NCBI GenBank assembly: GCA_964537315.1
Contig: CAZIAP010000003.1
Location: forward strand, 463 to 64,462
DNA length: 64,000 nt
Source: an uncultured Gammaproteobacteria bacterium
Lineage (GTDB): Bacteria; Patescibacteriota; Microgenomatia; Levybacterales; GWA1-39-11
Direction: 5' to 3'
The notes below the pieces were generated by a model, which was given only the letters and a program-made list of their open reading frames with translations, did no database searches and was not told the origin of the DNA. How positions within the stretch are numbered: position 1 is the first letter of the stretch; each line of letters begins with the position of its first letter. Positions 52,301-60,374 of the stretch are shown piece by piece. Both the position numbers and the translations under genes were made by a program.

Positions 52301-55300
52301 CCTGTTCGGTTTAATCCGGTTGAGAAAGTAAGCGGCACTTCATAGTCTGTACCAGCCTCAAGTGGTAACTGGTAGTCAGTACCAGCAACAGCAACTGCCA
52401 GTTCACCGGTAGGAGCTATAGCTTTAACTAGCCCCCCAGCGTTTAGACCAGAGAGAGTTATACCTGAAAAAGTAGGAGTAGATGTAATCGCAATATTTTG
52501 TGGTAGAGACAGGGTAATATCTCCGCCTATAACTCTACCAGTACCACCAGTAACCGATATCTGATCAGCAGTACCGATTACGTCTGAGAGCGATGTGACA
52601 CCCGTACCACCACTTGCAACAGGTAGAGTACCTTCAACTTCAGATTCCAGGTCAACCGTTGTACCAAGAGTGGTAGAGATAACTCCACCTGAGATTTGAA
52701 GACCTGTACCCACAAAGTCAGAGATTGTGTCGCCATTCACCGTAAGTGTTGTGAGTGTTAAGGCACTAAATGTTGGACTAGAGGTAGTGGTTAGGTGTTG
52801 TCCAGTATCAAACTCTAACTGATCGTTACCAATTGAGTTAGCATTTATTGCAAGAGTAATACCTGCATTTTCACTCCCTGATCCTGTCACACCAATCTGA
52901 GTGTTGCCTGTAATGGTTGCCACATAGTTACCGGTGGTGTGAGTAGCGAGTTGGATCAGATCATTTAGAGTATTTGCACCAGTTCCACCGCTTGCTATAG
53001 GTAGGATTCCGGTTACGTCTGTAGTCAGATCAATAGCATTCAAAGTTATCTCTTGATCAGATAATGTTAGGTAATCATATGCTCCTGCTAATGTTACTGG
53101 ATCGTGTGAGGCTCCTGTGATGGATGCATCAAGATCTTTCAAAACTCCCTGAACAGTGGTTGCAGAGCTATTGGCAAACTCATCATACACACCAACAAGA
53201 GACGCACCTGAGGTGATATTTGAAGTACCTACATCTTCAAGGCCAATCGTGCCTAATGTTAAAGATCCGAATGTTACATCTGCAGCTGTATCTATATTTT
53301 GAGGTAGAGAAAGAGTAATATTACCAGTTGCGCCAGAAACAGAGACCTGGTTTGCAGTTCCTGCAAGGGAAAGTACTCCTGAGTTAGCAATGGTGGTACC
53401 TGTGATAGTAATTCCTGCACCTTCTGCAAGGGTAATGTTGCCTGTTGCACCTTGGAAGGAGAGAACACCTGTGTTTGTAATCGTGTTTCCTGTTCGGTTT
53501 AATCCGGTTGAGAAAGTAAGCGGCACTTCATAGTCTGTACCAGCCTCAAGTGGTAACTGGTAGTCAGTACCAGCAACAGCAACTGCCAGTTCACCTGTAG
53601 GAGAGATAGCTTTCACTAGTCCTCCAGCGTTTAGACCAGAGAGAGTCATACCTGAAAAAGTAGGAGTAGATGTAGTTGCAATACTTTGTGGTAGAGACAG
53701 GGTAATATCTCCGCCAATAACACGTCCAGTACCACCACTTACTGAGATTTGATTTGCTGTACCAACTACATCAGACAGGGAAGTAACTCCAGTACCACCG
53801 CTACCAACAGGAAGTATTCCTTCAACTTCAGATTCCAGATCAACCGTTGTGCCAAGAGTGGTAGAGATAACTCCACCTGTAATTTGAAGACCTGTACCCA
53901 CAAAATCTGTAATAGTATCACCATTGATACTAAGAGTAGAAAGAGTTAGAGCTGAGAAAGTAGGAGTAGAGGTGGTGGTCAAGTGCTGACCCGTATCAAA
54001 CTCTAATTGATCGTTGCCAATTGAGTTGGCATTAATAGATAAGGTAACTAACGCATTCTCTGTACCTGAGTTTCCAACAGTGATTTGGTCACTGCCTGTA
54101 ATGGTTGCCACATAATTACCTGTGGTGTGAGTTGCAAGCTGGATCAGATCATTTAGAGTATTTGCGCCAGTTCCACCATTAGCTACTGGTAAGATTCCGG
54201 TCACGTCAGTGGCAAGATCAATTGCGTTAAGGGTAATTTGTTGATCTGATAAACTAAGATAGTTGTATGCTCCTGCTAATGTTACTGGATCGTGTGAAGC
54301 ACCTGTTATAGAAGCATCAAGATCTTTCAAAACTCCCTGAACAGTGGTTGCAGAGCTATTGGCAAACTCATCATATACACCAATGAGTGAAGCTCCTGAA
54401 TTAAGGTTTGAAGTACCTGCATCTGCAAGACCGATACTTCCAATAGATAATGAGGAAACAGATAGATTAGCAAAGGTCACATCTGACGTTGTAGTCAAAT
54501 GTTGTCCTGTATCAAAAGCAAGTTGGTCGTTACCAATAGAGTTTGCGTTGATGGCAAGAGTAACAAGTGCATTTTCAGAACCTGAGTTTCCAACTGTAAT
54601 CTGATCGTTTCCGGTGATTGTGGCAACATAATTACCGGTTGTGTGTTGCCCAAGAGCTATTAAGTTATCAAGAGTTATTGAACCGGTACCACCACTTGAA
54701 ACAGGGAGAACTCCCGTGACTTCAGAGGTTAAGTCTATGGATTGTCCTAGTAGAGATACCTCTCCACTTACATCAGGAAAGGTGTATGTTCTGTCAGATG
54801 AAAGATCGTCAACATCAAATATACCAAAATATGTATCTCCAACAGACTCAAGAATTCGTAGAGTTGAAGCTGAGTTATTTAATACGATGTCAAAGGCTCC
54901 TGTTTGGTTCCAGTCTTCGGTGAGTGAGCCTAAAGCAATAGTACCATCTTCTGTGATTGGTCCGCCTGTAAGTCCGCTTCCAGTATTGATTTGAGTAACT
55001 GTACCGCCTGAATTAGTGTCAACGGAGGAAATGGTTATTGTGTTGTTAGCGCCAAAGGAGACTGAGGTTCCACCACTTCCTGCAAACCGTATCGAGTCAC
55101 TATTGGAAGTTGCTGAAAACTGAGTAGTACCTGATGCGTTTGCAATATCTTTGAAAATGTTCTGACTTGAACCTTTATCAGTATTTACAACTGAGTCATC
55201 AATTCTACTCAGTCCATCACTGAAAGTAAGAGGAACTTCATAGTCAGTGCCTGCAGTAGCAATAGACAGCTGTCCCGTTGAGTCTATTGCCTTAACTAGA

Positions 55301-58239
55301 CCTCCTGCTGAGAGACCTGCAAATGTAATTGTGCCTCCGACAGAGAGGTTTCCTGATGTTCCACCATCAGTTAAAGAAAGTAGAGTGTTGCTACCGTCTG
55401 TTATAGTAAGTGACCCTGTGTTAGCAATTGATATAGCTGTTGCAGGGTTATTGAAAGCAAGTGGAGTAGCAGAAGTAAATGTCCAGTTTCCACTTACTGT
55501 CTCATTTAGATTTTTTCGTGCAATTGAGGAATTTATATAATCAATAGCAATATTTATTTCACCTGCTGGAGATTCAGTAAGAGTAAAGTCAGTGCCATTA
55601 AAATCTAAAGTGTCAGCGCTATCGCTGACTGTAACATCTCCTTCTTGTACGGTTACTACCGCGCTGCTCAGTCCACCAACATCTGGAGAACACTCCCAGA
55701 GCTGAGAAACCGCATTCCATTTAAGAATATACTCGTTATCACATCCTCGTAGTAGAGAGAGTCCGGCAGCAGTAAGTTCGAGTCCGGAGTTAGATGACTG
55801 TGTAGAGGTACTTCCTGATGTAGTAAGTTCTATGCCAAGTGTCAGATTAGAACCTTCTGAACCACCATCCGCACCTGTTAAACCTAGTCCACTGGTAATT
55901 GATGCAACGTAGTTTCCATTCGTATGCGTTCCAAGTGTAATTAAGTCATTCAGTGTGTTTGCACCCGTACCGCCGCTTGCAACAGGTAATATTCCCGTTA
56001 TCTCAGTTGGTCCTCCCGCAAGATTTAGCGCGCTTGAGGTAAGAACACCATTGCTATCTGTATGAACGATGCCTGATGTAAATCCGTTGAGTTTAATATT
56101 TCCTGTTGTTACGGATCCTAACGTAAGGTCTATAGAATTTGTCGTAGCCAATATACCATCTGCAGTAATATACATAGACCCTGATCCATCAGAAATAGTT
56201 GCTCGCGGAGTTCCGCTTGATACGTTTGTTATAGCAAATGCTGCACTGGCAGTAGAGGAACCTCCTATTGCAAAGTCAACAGAAGTATCTTTAGGACTGA
56301 TAAGACCTGTACTCTGATCCCAGAAATTACTTCCTCCTACCGCTCCTGCAACATCTGTCCATGAAAGCTGTCCAGCGCCATTTGTTGTTAACACATATCC
56401 AGTTGATCCATCAGCGGATGGCCATGTGTAAGGCACATCATTTACTCCGAAAGATGTTGTTCCGGTAATTCGGACATTTCCACCGACTGTTAGTGTCTGT
56501 GAAGGGTTGGATGTACCGATGCCTACACGATTGTTTGCTGTGTCAACAAAAAAGGTAGAACCATCGATACTGACTGAATAGTTTGAGGAAGACGGTGATA
56601 TAGAAAGGTTCGCGTCGAGAGTAAGAGTATCTCTTAAATCAGAAAAATCTAAACAATCTATACAGGAAAACGATGCTGCTGTTAGAGAAAGACCAGGAAA
56701 GTTAATCTGAGATCCTGTTGCTGTAACATTTAAATCTCCGGTTGATGTAGTCTGAAAAGTAACATATGCGCTTCCATCATAAGCAAGTCTCAACTGGGGG
56801 ACAGCTGTAGACTGTGACTCAATCTTTGCTCCGGGGGTGGTTGTCCCAATTCCAACAAGATCACTACCCGTTTCAAGTCGTACCACAGATCCATCATCTA
56901 CCCAACCTGGAACTGCTCCGGTACTTGTAATAGTAACTGTTTTTGTACTTGTGTTGGTTGAAAGTCCTATTCCAGAACCAGCTACAAATCTTAGGATATC
57001 TGTGTTTGATGAGGCATTTAACTCAGTTCCATTAACAGTGATTGTTTTGAAAATATTCTGAGCCGATCCAGTGTCTGAGTTTGATATAGTAAGGCCATCG
57101 ATTGATATACCTGAACCTGCTGAGAGTGTAACTGCTCCAGTTTGTCCTTGGAGAGTTAATACACTGTCGGGAACTGTAACAGAGATGACTGGATTCTGTC
57201 CTCCAGTTACAGATACGTTGTCTCCGGCGGTGATAGAATATATCAAGTTTGAAGCTGTAACCGTACCTGCTCCGACATCAATATTTCCTCCCTCAACCAA
57301 TAAGTCTGCATCCTGTAGAGTGACAGTGTTTGTAAATAAGGATGCACCTTCTACATTTATGTCTCCTCTGAAAGTGGTTGCTCCTTTGAATATTGCATCG
57401 ATGTTGAATGCAAGAGATGCTTTTAGGTTTGTTGTTTGTTCAGCAAGTACTTCCTGGGGAGAGTTGACAGTCTCAGAAGTATAAAGGTTACTAGAGGAGT
57501 TGCTATTTTTCGAGTACGTTATATACGTAGCAGCTGAAGCTGTGATTACAAATAGCAATAATGCAGATATAACAGCCGGTTTCTGAGCTCTCTTAAAGTT
57601 TGGTAAAGAAAATAAGTTAATAGAAAAAGATGGGGACTTTAGGTGTGAAAAGTTAGATTTTTGTTCTGGTATTTGAGCCTCCCTATATGCATATTGCTCG
57701 ATTTGACTCTGCTGGGAAGTATCTGGGGTAAGTGGAGTAATATGGAGTTTTCTAACTTTATCAGGATTGTTGACAAAGTCCATTGGGGTCAAAATTTGGC
57801 TGTGATTCTCGCTAGTTGGTGTATTAGGTTGTAGAATTGATGAGGACGAGCTTTTCTGATTGCTTACTGTAGGACTCTGTGTACGTAGTTTTTTTTTAGC
57901 TTCCAATGTTTTAATATACTTTTGAACTACTTGAGGATCGTACATTCTCTCACCACGTGAGTTCCGTGTAGAAGGAAGAATATTTTTCTGCTCTAATCTT
58001 CTTAGAGTCGAGGGTGAAATGCCTAGCTTGGATGCAGTTTGTGAAATGGTTAAAGGAAACGAAGCTTTTAAAGCTTTTAACTGCTCAACGTCAAAATGTC
58101 TGTTTTTCCCATCAATTCTGATGGCTTGGATTTTTCCAGCTTTATCCCATCTACGAATTGTGTCAATTGATACACCAAGAAACTTTGCAGCTTCTCCAAT
58201 ACTCATGTATTTTTTATGTTCGGGCAGGTGTCTTGGCAT
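37375..58239 (-). CDS. Giant fibre/adhesin-like protein (6954 aa) with two N-terminal MerR-type HTH domains
   Basis: SIGEAAKFLGVSIDTIRRWD and TISQTASKLGISPSTLRRLE; TM near aa 225-240; long internal repeats; GGDYAEY...GQLPVKVS IMC-like domain. Confidence 0.92.
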   Translation of the reverse strand: MPRHLPEHKKYMSIGEAAKFLGVSIDTIRRWDKAGKIQAIRIDGKNRHFDVEQLKALKASFPLTISQTASKLGISPSTLRRLEQKNILPSTRNSRGERMYDPQVVQKYIKTLEAKKKLRTQSPTVSNQKSSSSSILQPNTPTSENHSQILTPMDFVNNPDKVRKLHITPLTPDTSQQSQIEQYAYREAQIPEQKSNFSHLKSPSFSINLFSLPNFKRAQKPAVISALLLFVITASAATYITYSKNSNSSSNLYTSETVNSPQEVLAEQTTNLKASLAFNIDAIFKGATTFRGDINVEGASLFTNTVTLQDADLLVEGGNIDVGAGTVTASNLIYSITAGDNVSVTGGQNPVISVTVPDSVLTLQGQTGAVTLSAGSGISIDGLTISNSDTGSAQNIFKTITVNGTELNASSNTDILRFVAGSGIGLSTNTSTKTVTITSTGAVPGWVDDGSVVRLETGSDLVGIGTTTPGAKIESQSTAVPQLRLAYDGSAYVTFQTTSTGDLNVTATGSQINFPGLSLTAASFSCIDCLDFSDLRDTLTLDANLSISPSSSNYSVSIDGSTFFVDTANNRVGIGTSNPSQTLTVGGNVRITGTTSFGVNDVPYTWPSADGSTGYVLTTNGAGQLSWTDVAGAVGGSNFWDQSTGLISPKDTSVDFAIGGSSTASAAFAITNVSSGTPRATISDGSGSMYITADGILATTNSIDLTLGSVTTGNIKLNGFTSGIVHTDSNGVLTSSALNLAGGPTEITGILPVASGGTGANTLNDLITLGTHTNGNYVASITSGLGLTGADGGSEGSNLTLGIELTTSGSTSTQSSNSGLELTAAGLSLLRGCDNEYILKWNAVSQLWECSPDVGGLSSAVVTVQEGDVTVSDSADTLDFNGTDFTLTESPAGEINIAIDYINSSIARKNLNETVSGNWTFTSATPLAFNNPATAISIANTGSLTITDGSNTLLSLTDGGTSGNLSVGGTITFAGLSAGGLVKAIDSTGQLSIATAGTDYEVPLTFSDGLSRIDDSVVNTDKGSSQNIFKDIANASGTTQFSATSNSDSIRFAGSGGTSVSFGANNTITISSVDTNSGGTVTQINTGSGLTGGPITEDGTIALGSLTEDWNQTGAFDIVLNNSASTLRILESVGDTYFGIFDVDDLSSDRTYTFPDVSGEVSLLGQSIDLTSEVTGVLPVSSGGTGSITLDNLIALGQHTTGNYVATITGNDQITVGNSGSENALVTLAINANSIGNDQLAFDTGQHLTTTSDVTFANLSVSSLSIGSIGLADAGTSNLNSGASLIGVYDEFANSSATTVQGVLKDLDASITGASHDPVTLAGAYNYLSLSDQQITLNAIDLATDVTGILPVANGGTGANTLNDLIQLATHTTGNYVATITGSDQITVGNSGTENALVTLSINANSIGNDQLEFDTGQHLTTTSTPTFSALTLSTLSINGDTITDFVGTGLQITGGVISTTLGTTVDLESEVEGILPVGSGGTGVTSLSDVVGTANQISVSGGTGRVIGGDITLSLPQSIATTSTPTFSGMTLSGLNAGGLVKAISPTGELAVAVAGTDYQLPLEAGTDYEVPLTFSTGLNRTGNTITNTGVLSFQGATGNITLAEGAGITITGTTIANSGVLSLAGTANQVSVSGATGNITLSLPQNIDTAADVTFGSLTLGTIGLEDVGTSNITSGASLVGVYDEFANSSATTVQGVLKDLDASITGASHDPVTLAGAYDYLTLSDQEITLNAIDLTTDVTGILPIASGGTGANTLNDLIQLATHTTGNYVATITGNTQIGVTGSGSENAGITLAINANSIGNDQLEFDTGQHLTTTSSPTFSALTLTTLTVNGDTISDFVGTGLQISGGVISTTLGTTVDLESEVEGTLPVASGGTGVTSLSDVIGTADQISVTGGTGRVIGGDITLSLPQNIAITSTPTFSGITLSGLNAGGLVKAIAPTGELAVAVAGTDYQLPLEAGTDYEVPLTFSTGLNRTGNTITNTGVLSFQGATGNITLAEGAGITITGTTIANSGVLSLAGTANQVSVSGATGNITISLPQDIATTSNVTFGSLTLGTIGLEDVGTSNITSGASLVGVYDEFSNSSGVTVQQVLADLDATLTSVTHDPVTLAGSYNYLTLNNQVITLGQVDISDDTNLTAGTNLTLTDDTLSVDDVFLLNTGDTGNGNYVFTGTMDLTGTILTGASPLIFEGTTADGFQTAFTITDPTATRTITFPDRSGEVSLLGQTIDLTTEVTGILPIASGGTGANTLNDLIQLATHTTGNYVATITGNTQISVTGSGSENAAITLAINANSIGNDQLEFDTGQALTSVSSPTFSGLTLTTLSINGDTISDFVGTGLQISGGVISTTLGTTVDLESEVEGTLPVASGGTGATSFTAGGILYGTGTSPIGASAAGIAGQVLISGGAGAPSWINSSAVGTNYWQYAQGALSSINVSDDLLIGGSATNSALIRFGGTANTDSFFNTGGNLGIGTTAPGSKLDVQGGIRLGDDNDPDNILNTTATATAPSGYLYWGNRQICDTTGNCAGTGGGLTGSGTQNYIAKFSSSGSVGDSSIFDNGNIGIGTTTPNYLLEVAGTTNITGDATLGSTLAVSGLATFSSGIAVNGDTITDFVGTGLQISGGVISTTLGTDIDLASEVTGILPATHGGTGLNASTVTAGQLLIGNGTNGNFDLANLTPGEGISITNGDGSITIAGEDASTTNKGIASFNDAYFSVAAGAVSIDDIYLLNTGDTGNGNYVFTGTMDLTGTVLASASPLVFEGTTANGFQTVFAITDPTATRTITFPDRSGEVSLLGQTIGNSELENDSITVTAGTGLSGGGTVALGGTITLNNTGVTSFQSLTGDVTLTPGDGIDITGTTITNTGLLSLNGATGVLTLANASEAGGTITIADATADGTTKGIAAFNSTNFSAASGVINTIQDIATTSSPEFTGLTLSGNAAINGGNLTSTASTFNLLNSDVTTLNLGGTATINLAGGYGSTGVTINTSGDIQANGDLTVDGTTTFGGVSYTWPGADAGVSGYVLSSNGSGGLSWIDIGTATTQFWSLKNGAIYPINTTLDFFIGGSSTESANFAFINSNSGTPTASVSAGLAGASYLTADGTLATTAMQNLNFGTNETGDILFNNAGNVGIGTSNPVSALDVAGGIRLGTDSNANNILNTSQASGAPSGFLYWGDRTICDTSGNCAGVGGGITGAGTTNFVAKFTDTGAIGSSSIFDNGNVGIGTTTPTNGFKLDVSGGIRGTDGLTITTGTISLPAGQIDNLELANDSVTISAGTGLSGGGTVTLGSTISINNDGVLSFQGQTGDVTLTAGTGIDITGTTISNTGVTSLTGTVNQVNVSGATGNVTLSLPQDIHTAATPTFAGITINDDSITDFVGTGLQLNIGVLSTTLGTDVDLTSEVTGILPVANGGTGANTLDNLITLGQHTTGNYVATITGNTQISVTGSGSENAGITLAINANSIGNDQLAFDTGQHLTTTSDVTFANLSVSSLSIGSIGLEDVGVSNITSGASLVGIFDEFTHSNATTIQSVLADFDAAITGAEHSPVTLAGSYDYLTLSDQQITLNAIDLTTDVTGILPVANGGTGANTLNDLIQLATHTTGNYVATITGNTQISVTGSGSENAGITLAINANSIGNDQLAFDTGQHLTTISSPTFAGLTISGLSTGLVKSDANGVLSNAVAGTDYEVPLTFSTGLNRTGNTITNTGVLSFQGATGNVTLAEGAGITITGTTIANSGVLSLAGTANQVSVSGATGSITLSLPQNIDSAADVTFGSLTLGSIGLEDIGTSNITSGASLIGVYDEFTHSSSTNVQDVLADFDAAITGAEHSPVTLAGSYDYLTLSDQQITLNAIDLTTDVTGILPVANGGTGANTLNDLIQLATHTTGNYVATITGNDQITVGNSGTENALVTLSIAANSIGNDQLTFDTGQHLTTVSSPTFSGLTLTTLSINGDTITDFVGNGLKITGGVISTTLGTTVDLESEVEGTLPVASGGTGVTSLSDVIGTADQISVTGGTGRVIGGDITLSLPQSIATTSTPTFSGMTLSGLNAGGLVKAISPTGELAVAVAGTDYQLPLEAGTDYEVPLTFSTGLNRTGNTITNTGVLSFQGATGNITLAEGAGITITGTTIANSGVLSLAGTANQVSVSGATGNITLSLPQSIATSSDVTFGSLTLGSVGLEDAGASNITSGASLIGVYDEFTNSDATTVQQALADLDSAISGASHDPVTLAGSYDYLTLSGQQITLNAIDLATDVSGILPVANGGTGATTLNDLITLGTHTTGNYVATITGNTQISVTGSGSENAGITLAINADSIGDAQLAFNTGQHLTTASTPTFAGLTVSGLSTGLVKSDANGVLSNAVAGTDYQLPLEAGTDYEVPLTFGNGLTRSTNSIGLGGTLTSSTDLDLDGNNFTFSGTGNVGIGISTPTAFRLQVEGDIGPATDAVYDLGSTGGRWNSLYLTDRIDFHDGVSSGHMEMTLSGLILNANTSIINHLGGASGTTGFFVRNSSSTNRLIVGDMGHFSLGVNQAAPMTNLGAFNVNGYVPGKALAIFNETGDQAILTASASGTTRFVIQNDGNVGIGITNPAHNLSVVGTVNATGATSLGSTLGVTGLATFSNGINVGGDTITDFTGTGLTLSGSSLSTTLGTDIDLTSEVTGILPVANGGTGANTLNDLITLGQHTTGNYVATITGNTQISVSGSGSENAGITLAINANSIGDAQLEYNTGQHLTTASGVTFGSLTLGTIGLEDVGVSNITSGASLVGVFDEFTNSSATTVQGVLADLDTAITVASHNPVTLAGSYDYLTLSDQEITLTAIDLAADVSGILPIANGGTGATTLNDLIALGQHTTGNYVATITGNTQISVTGSGSENAGITLAINADSIGDAQLAFNTGQHLTTASTPTFAGLTVSGLGSGLVMSDASGVLSNAVAGTDYQLPLEAGTDYEVPLTFNNGLTRSTNTIGLGGTLTENTTIANGGFDFNISGTGNVGIGTTAPSNKLHVAGSVTIDQGNVTNKKSLVISNTGPGTTGIQIGDLNIGDNSGSLIKYDIANKRLGYSVRGGLGGGAFGAHEFTTDAGASAAFEAVLRAKGGGAGADLFSGVQSDGTEVFNVGYDGSGYFAGNVGIGITNPSHKLSVDGTTNITGLTTIGSTLTVAGDMGINTDGSTTSAPRAIGFYNLSSGEAVRVQFGDPYNGFQSLYGGSTQIYGYHGIEIIGARGNTNSPTFVSGSGASDASLRVRNDQNSSLILALQGHTSQTHNLQEWQDASGNALSVVDAAGNFGIGTTSPGSYKLNVNGATNISGAATLGSTLQVDGISTFAANINANGGFDVDDVFVIADGGNLTTSGTSTFNGTLTANGALNLGDGADAITIHGSSITLPDFTTNGGLLYTDGSGVLTQLATTGGVDECLRSNGDGTYTWGDCGGEGTFTNWWDQSNGALHLTNTTLDVLIGSTATSSATIKLPGVTNQDAFFNLGTGNLGIGITNPSHKLSVAGTTNITGATTLGSTLGVNGSVSFDSTLTVGGNIDFNGTSNDIAGTLNLSGNALTSSGALSITPNAGNNLNINLSGAGDFAINTNQLYVDTSLGQVGIGTTAPVAQLHVTTDGTSGNRGISLDQHSNAAHAAQFNFRKSRGTLTSPASVQNGDYNGIFFFKNYEGGVYRHNAGFGALVNGAVSSNNVPTDLFFYTSASDDADPFGNGSVRLLINSAGNIGMGTTTPDAKTEILSTSEQLRLTHTDASKYASFTVDSDGKLTIGTQAGLELTGGTLTASDFSCTDCLDFSELADTMTLDADWNVSMGSNNINFGSGNFFVNGSTGNIGIGTTAATHRLELADHTTAAGGIAFGTDVELYRSGSNTLALASGDSLNIVSGSLQMGGVNTITSDRLFTAANGSAATPAFSFSSDTNTGIYGDGSDTLNFATAGVQRAFFNVGGHFLPGADDTYDLGASGSARWRNLYLGPDSLHVQCTSGDGCSTNLDYALGINTANDNFFIGLNGHAGSLNPLLSLTTSGNLGIGTTNPTARLSVGGTNSTIGNSSGDLTINAAANLILNPTSGNVGIGTTSPGGKLHLKSGSGNTELWLEDGSSTNQWSLFTNTNGTIGFWDISNATGPFSIEEGASTNSLFINSGGNIGIGTNVPQYKLHVEGDMRINRDFMIGFFEPDSKGTRAGFGSNSANDLIFESGGAVENMRLTGVGNLGIGTTAPGHILELASHTTAAGGIGFGTDVELYRSGVNTLALASGDSFNIVSGSLQSGGTTVIDSNRRIFAADGTSSLPGLSFSSGSNTGISRSSGNGMVFSAAGATRMTVNSSSIFLLEPVAIGASILPTGRQLHVEASFSTTTQYVAQFHNTNTGTTSRGILVSNGRGTAGWGANNYLISFGGSSGGTTITGKIQGATNAVVYSTSGGDYAEYFLFNQLEPKPTVGEIVMVDSTKSNTVRSANGSNAIVGIVSDTPGFVGNGPVCDSEDLNCDSNYELTNVLVGLTGQLPVKVSNINGPIKAGDPITASQIRGYGAKAINAGEIVGRALSDFNPSTGIGNTHVCPASESTDAVCGTIKVYLNPGWHDPNIQFAANGELQIAQNGNDWLVINDNGDIAQDSKAYADLFAANIKSGKIESEDIFATNLVATSGLFENINASFLSSDSLTINNTLAAGKITTDEIAMSDFKVITGDSKLSIMDKTSTQGALFSVDLSGNAKFAGSVTTPEIIADEGSIETLTVKNLIVENISGLTASSSAFFDLGAGIEADFADFDFATINADLTVLGTTTLREAAITETLAIGAGELVINSNSINTLSDTLEIQPLKQQPVSIMAGAVTFNTDGTVRFTENVAFEKNVSVEGELVTSVIKGVNDVLNVSGSANFERIGVEATAPEVVNNTTVNASGSAGLVTLKAYQTQVRVNNDNVTEDSLIFITPVGSTGGQQVYLKNQVAGQHFTVEIENVVNQDIRFNFLIVN
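43300..54750. repeat. Mosaic of near-identical intragenic repeat modules
   Basis: For example blocks near 45780-46330, 52150-52700 and 53320-53900 are near-identical; THTTGNYVATITG module recurs many times. Confidence 0.9.
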
Positions 58240-58512
58240 GATAAAAGGTATTGATGATCTTTTAGTGCATTTCTGCTTTAAATATCTATGCTTTGATCAA
58301 CCAATACCTATATATTTATTGAACCATTGTTTTCACAAAAGTGTCAAGTATACAAATAGATGAATGAGCATGTTTTGTACACACTTCGAGGCTGAGGAGG
58401 AATGTAAGAAAACTGATCTGGTGACAATTGTTGCATAGATCAACAAAAAAATAAAAATGTGTATTTTAAATCACTAAATTTTAGCGTGAAAATCAACCAA
58501 AATATTGTATGA

Positions 58513-59439
<927 letters not shown>

Positions 59440-59451
59440 AGACTGTTATTT

Positions 59452-60342
59452 ATGGATACATATTTACTTATTAGTCTAATTGCAAACCTCGTATTGATGG
59501 TATTCCTTTTAGTGTTTATGTATTCGGTCTACATGCACGATAAACAGTTCGATAAAGATAGAAAGGCACTTCATCTTGATGCGTCCAGATCTATAGAGGA
59601 TTCACATAAACGGGCTAAAGAGATTGTAGAACAGGCAGTGAGTCGTGCTCAGGATATCCTACTTAAGACCCAGTATATTAGAGACGATATTATCAAAAAT
59701 CTTGAACATAATCTCTCTGACGTATCTGATGCAACTGTCAAAATGGTTCGCGAGGAAGCTTTGTCATTTAACCAAGAGTACAAAACGCTTTTGGAATCTA
59801 TCCAGGTAGAGCACGCAAAAATGCTTGAGGAAGCTCGTTCAGCTTTGCAGGATGTGGAGTACTTAAAAAAAGAGTTTCATACAGATCTAATGTCAGAAGT
59901 GAAGCTTGTGCTTGAAGAGGCACATAAGAGCGTGGCTGCTGAGACTGATAAGTTTGATGCAGAGTACGCTCAGTTACTAAGTCAGACAAAGCAGGAATAT
60001 ATGGCAAAAGCTGAAGAAGCACTAAAGATATTAGAGAGAATTCCTGAGCAAGAGATGAAGGAGTTCAAAGAAGTACTGCAGAAAGAATCGCTTTCCGCAC
60101 AGAAATTATTAGGAAATCGTATAAACGAACTTTTTTCAGCAGCAGAAAAGGAAGTAGATGCATATAAACAGCAGCGGATAAGCGAAGTAAAGACGCAGCT
60201 AGAGTCTGCAACAGAGACGATATTAGAGGAGGTTATAGGAAAAAAATTAAGTCGTCAGGATCATGAGGTTCTGGTTATGAAAGCCTTAGACAAGGTTAAA
60301 TTGGAAGGTTCACTTCCAAAAAAAGAAGATCAATTAACTTAA
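59452..60342 (+). CDS. Elongated ATP synthase subunit b-like protein
   Basis: Single N-terminal TM, long coiled coil, b-like C-terminus EEVIGKKLSRQDHEVLV; precedes delta. Confidence 0.7.
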   Translation: MDTYLLISLIANLVLMVFLLVFMYSVYMHDKQFDKDRKALHLDASRSIEDSHKRAKEIVEQAVSRAQDILLKTQYIRDDIIKNLEHNLSDVSDATVKMVREEALSFNQEYKTLLESIQVEHAKMLEEARSALQDVEYLKKEFHTDLMSEVKLVLEEAHKSVAAETDKFDAEYAQLLSQTKQEYMAKAEEALKILERIPEQEMKEFKEVLQKESLSAQKLLGNRINELFSAAEKEVDAYKQQRISEVKTQLESATETILEEVIGKKLSRQDHEVLVMKALDKVKLEGSLPKKEDQLT

Positions 60343-60374
60343 TTGTTTTACTAAATTGAAAGAAAAACATTACT

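Noticed and set aside
28431-58239. Prophage tail region
   Set aside because: Fibre-like repeats only; no capsid, terminase, portal or integrase genes, and both proteins have membrane anchors
28696-58363. Many plus-strand ORFs overlapping the giant genes
   Set aside because: Antisense shadows of repetitive Gly/Thr/Ser-rich coding sequence with no independent protein motifs
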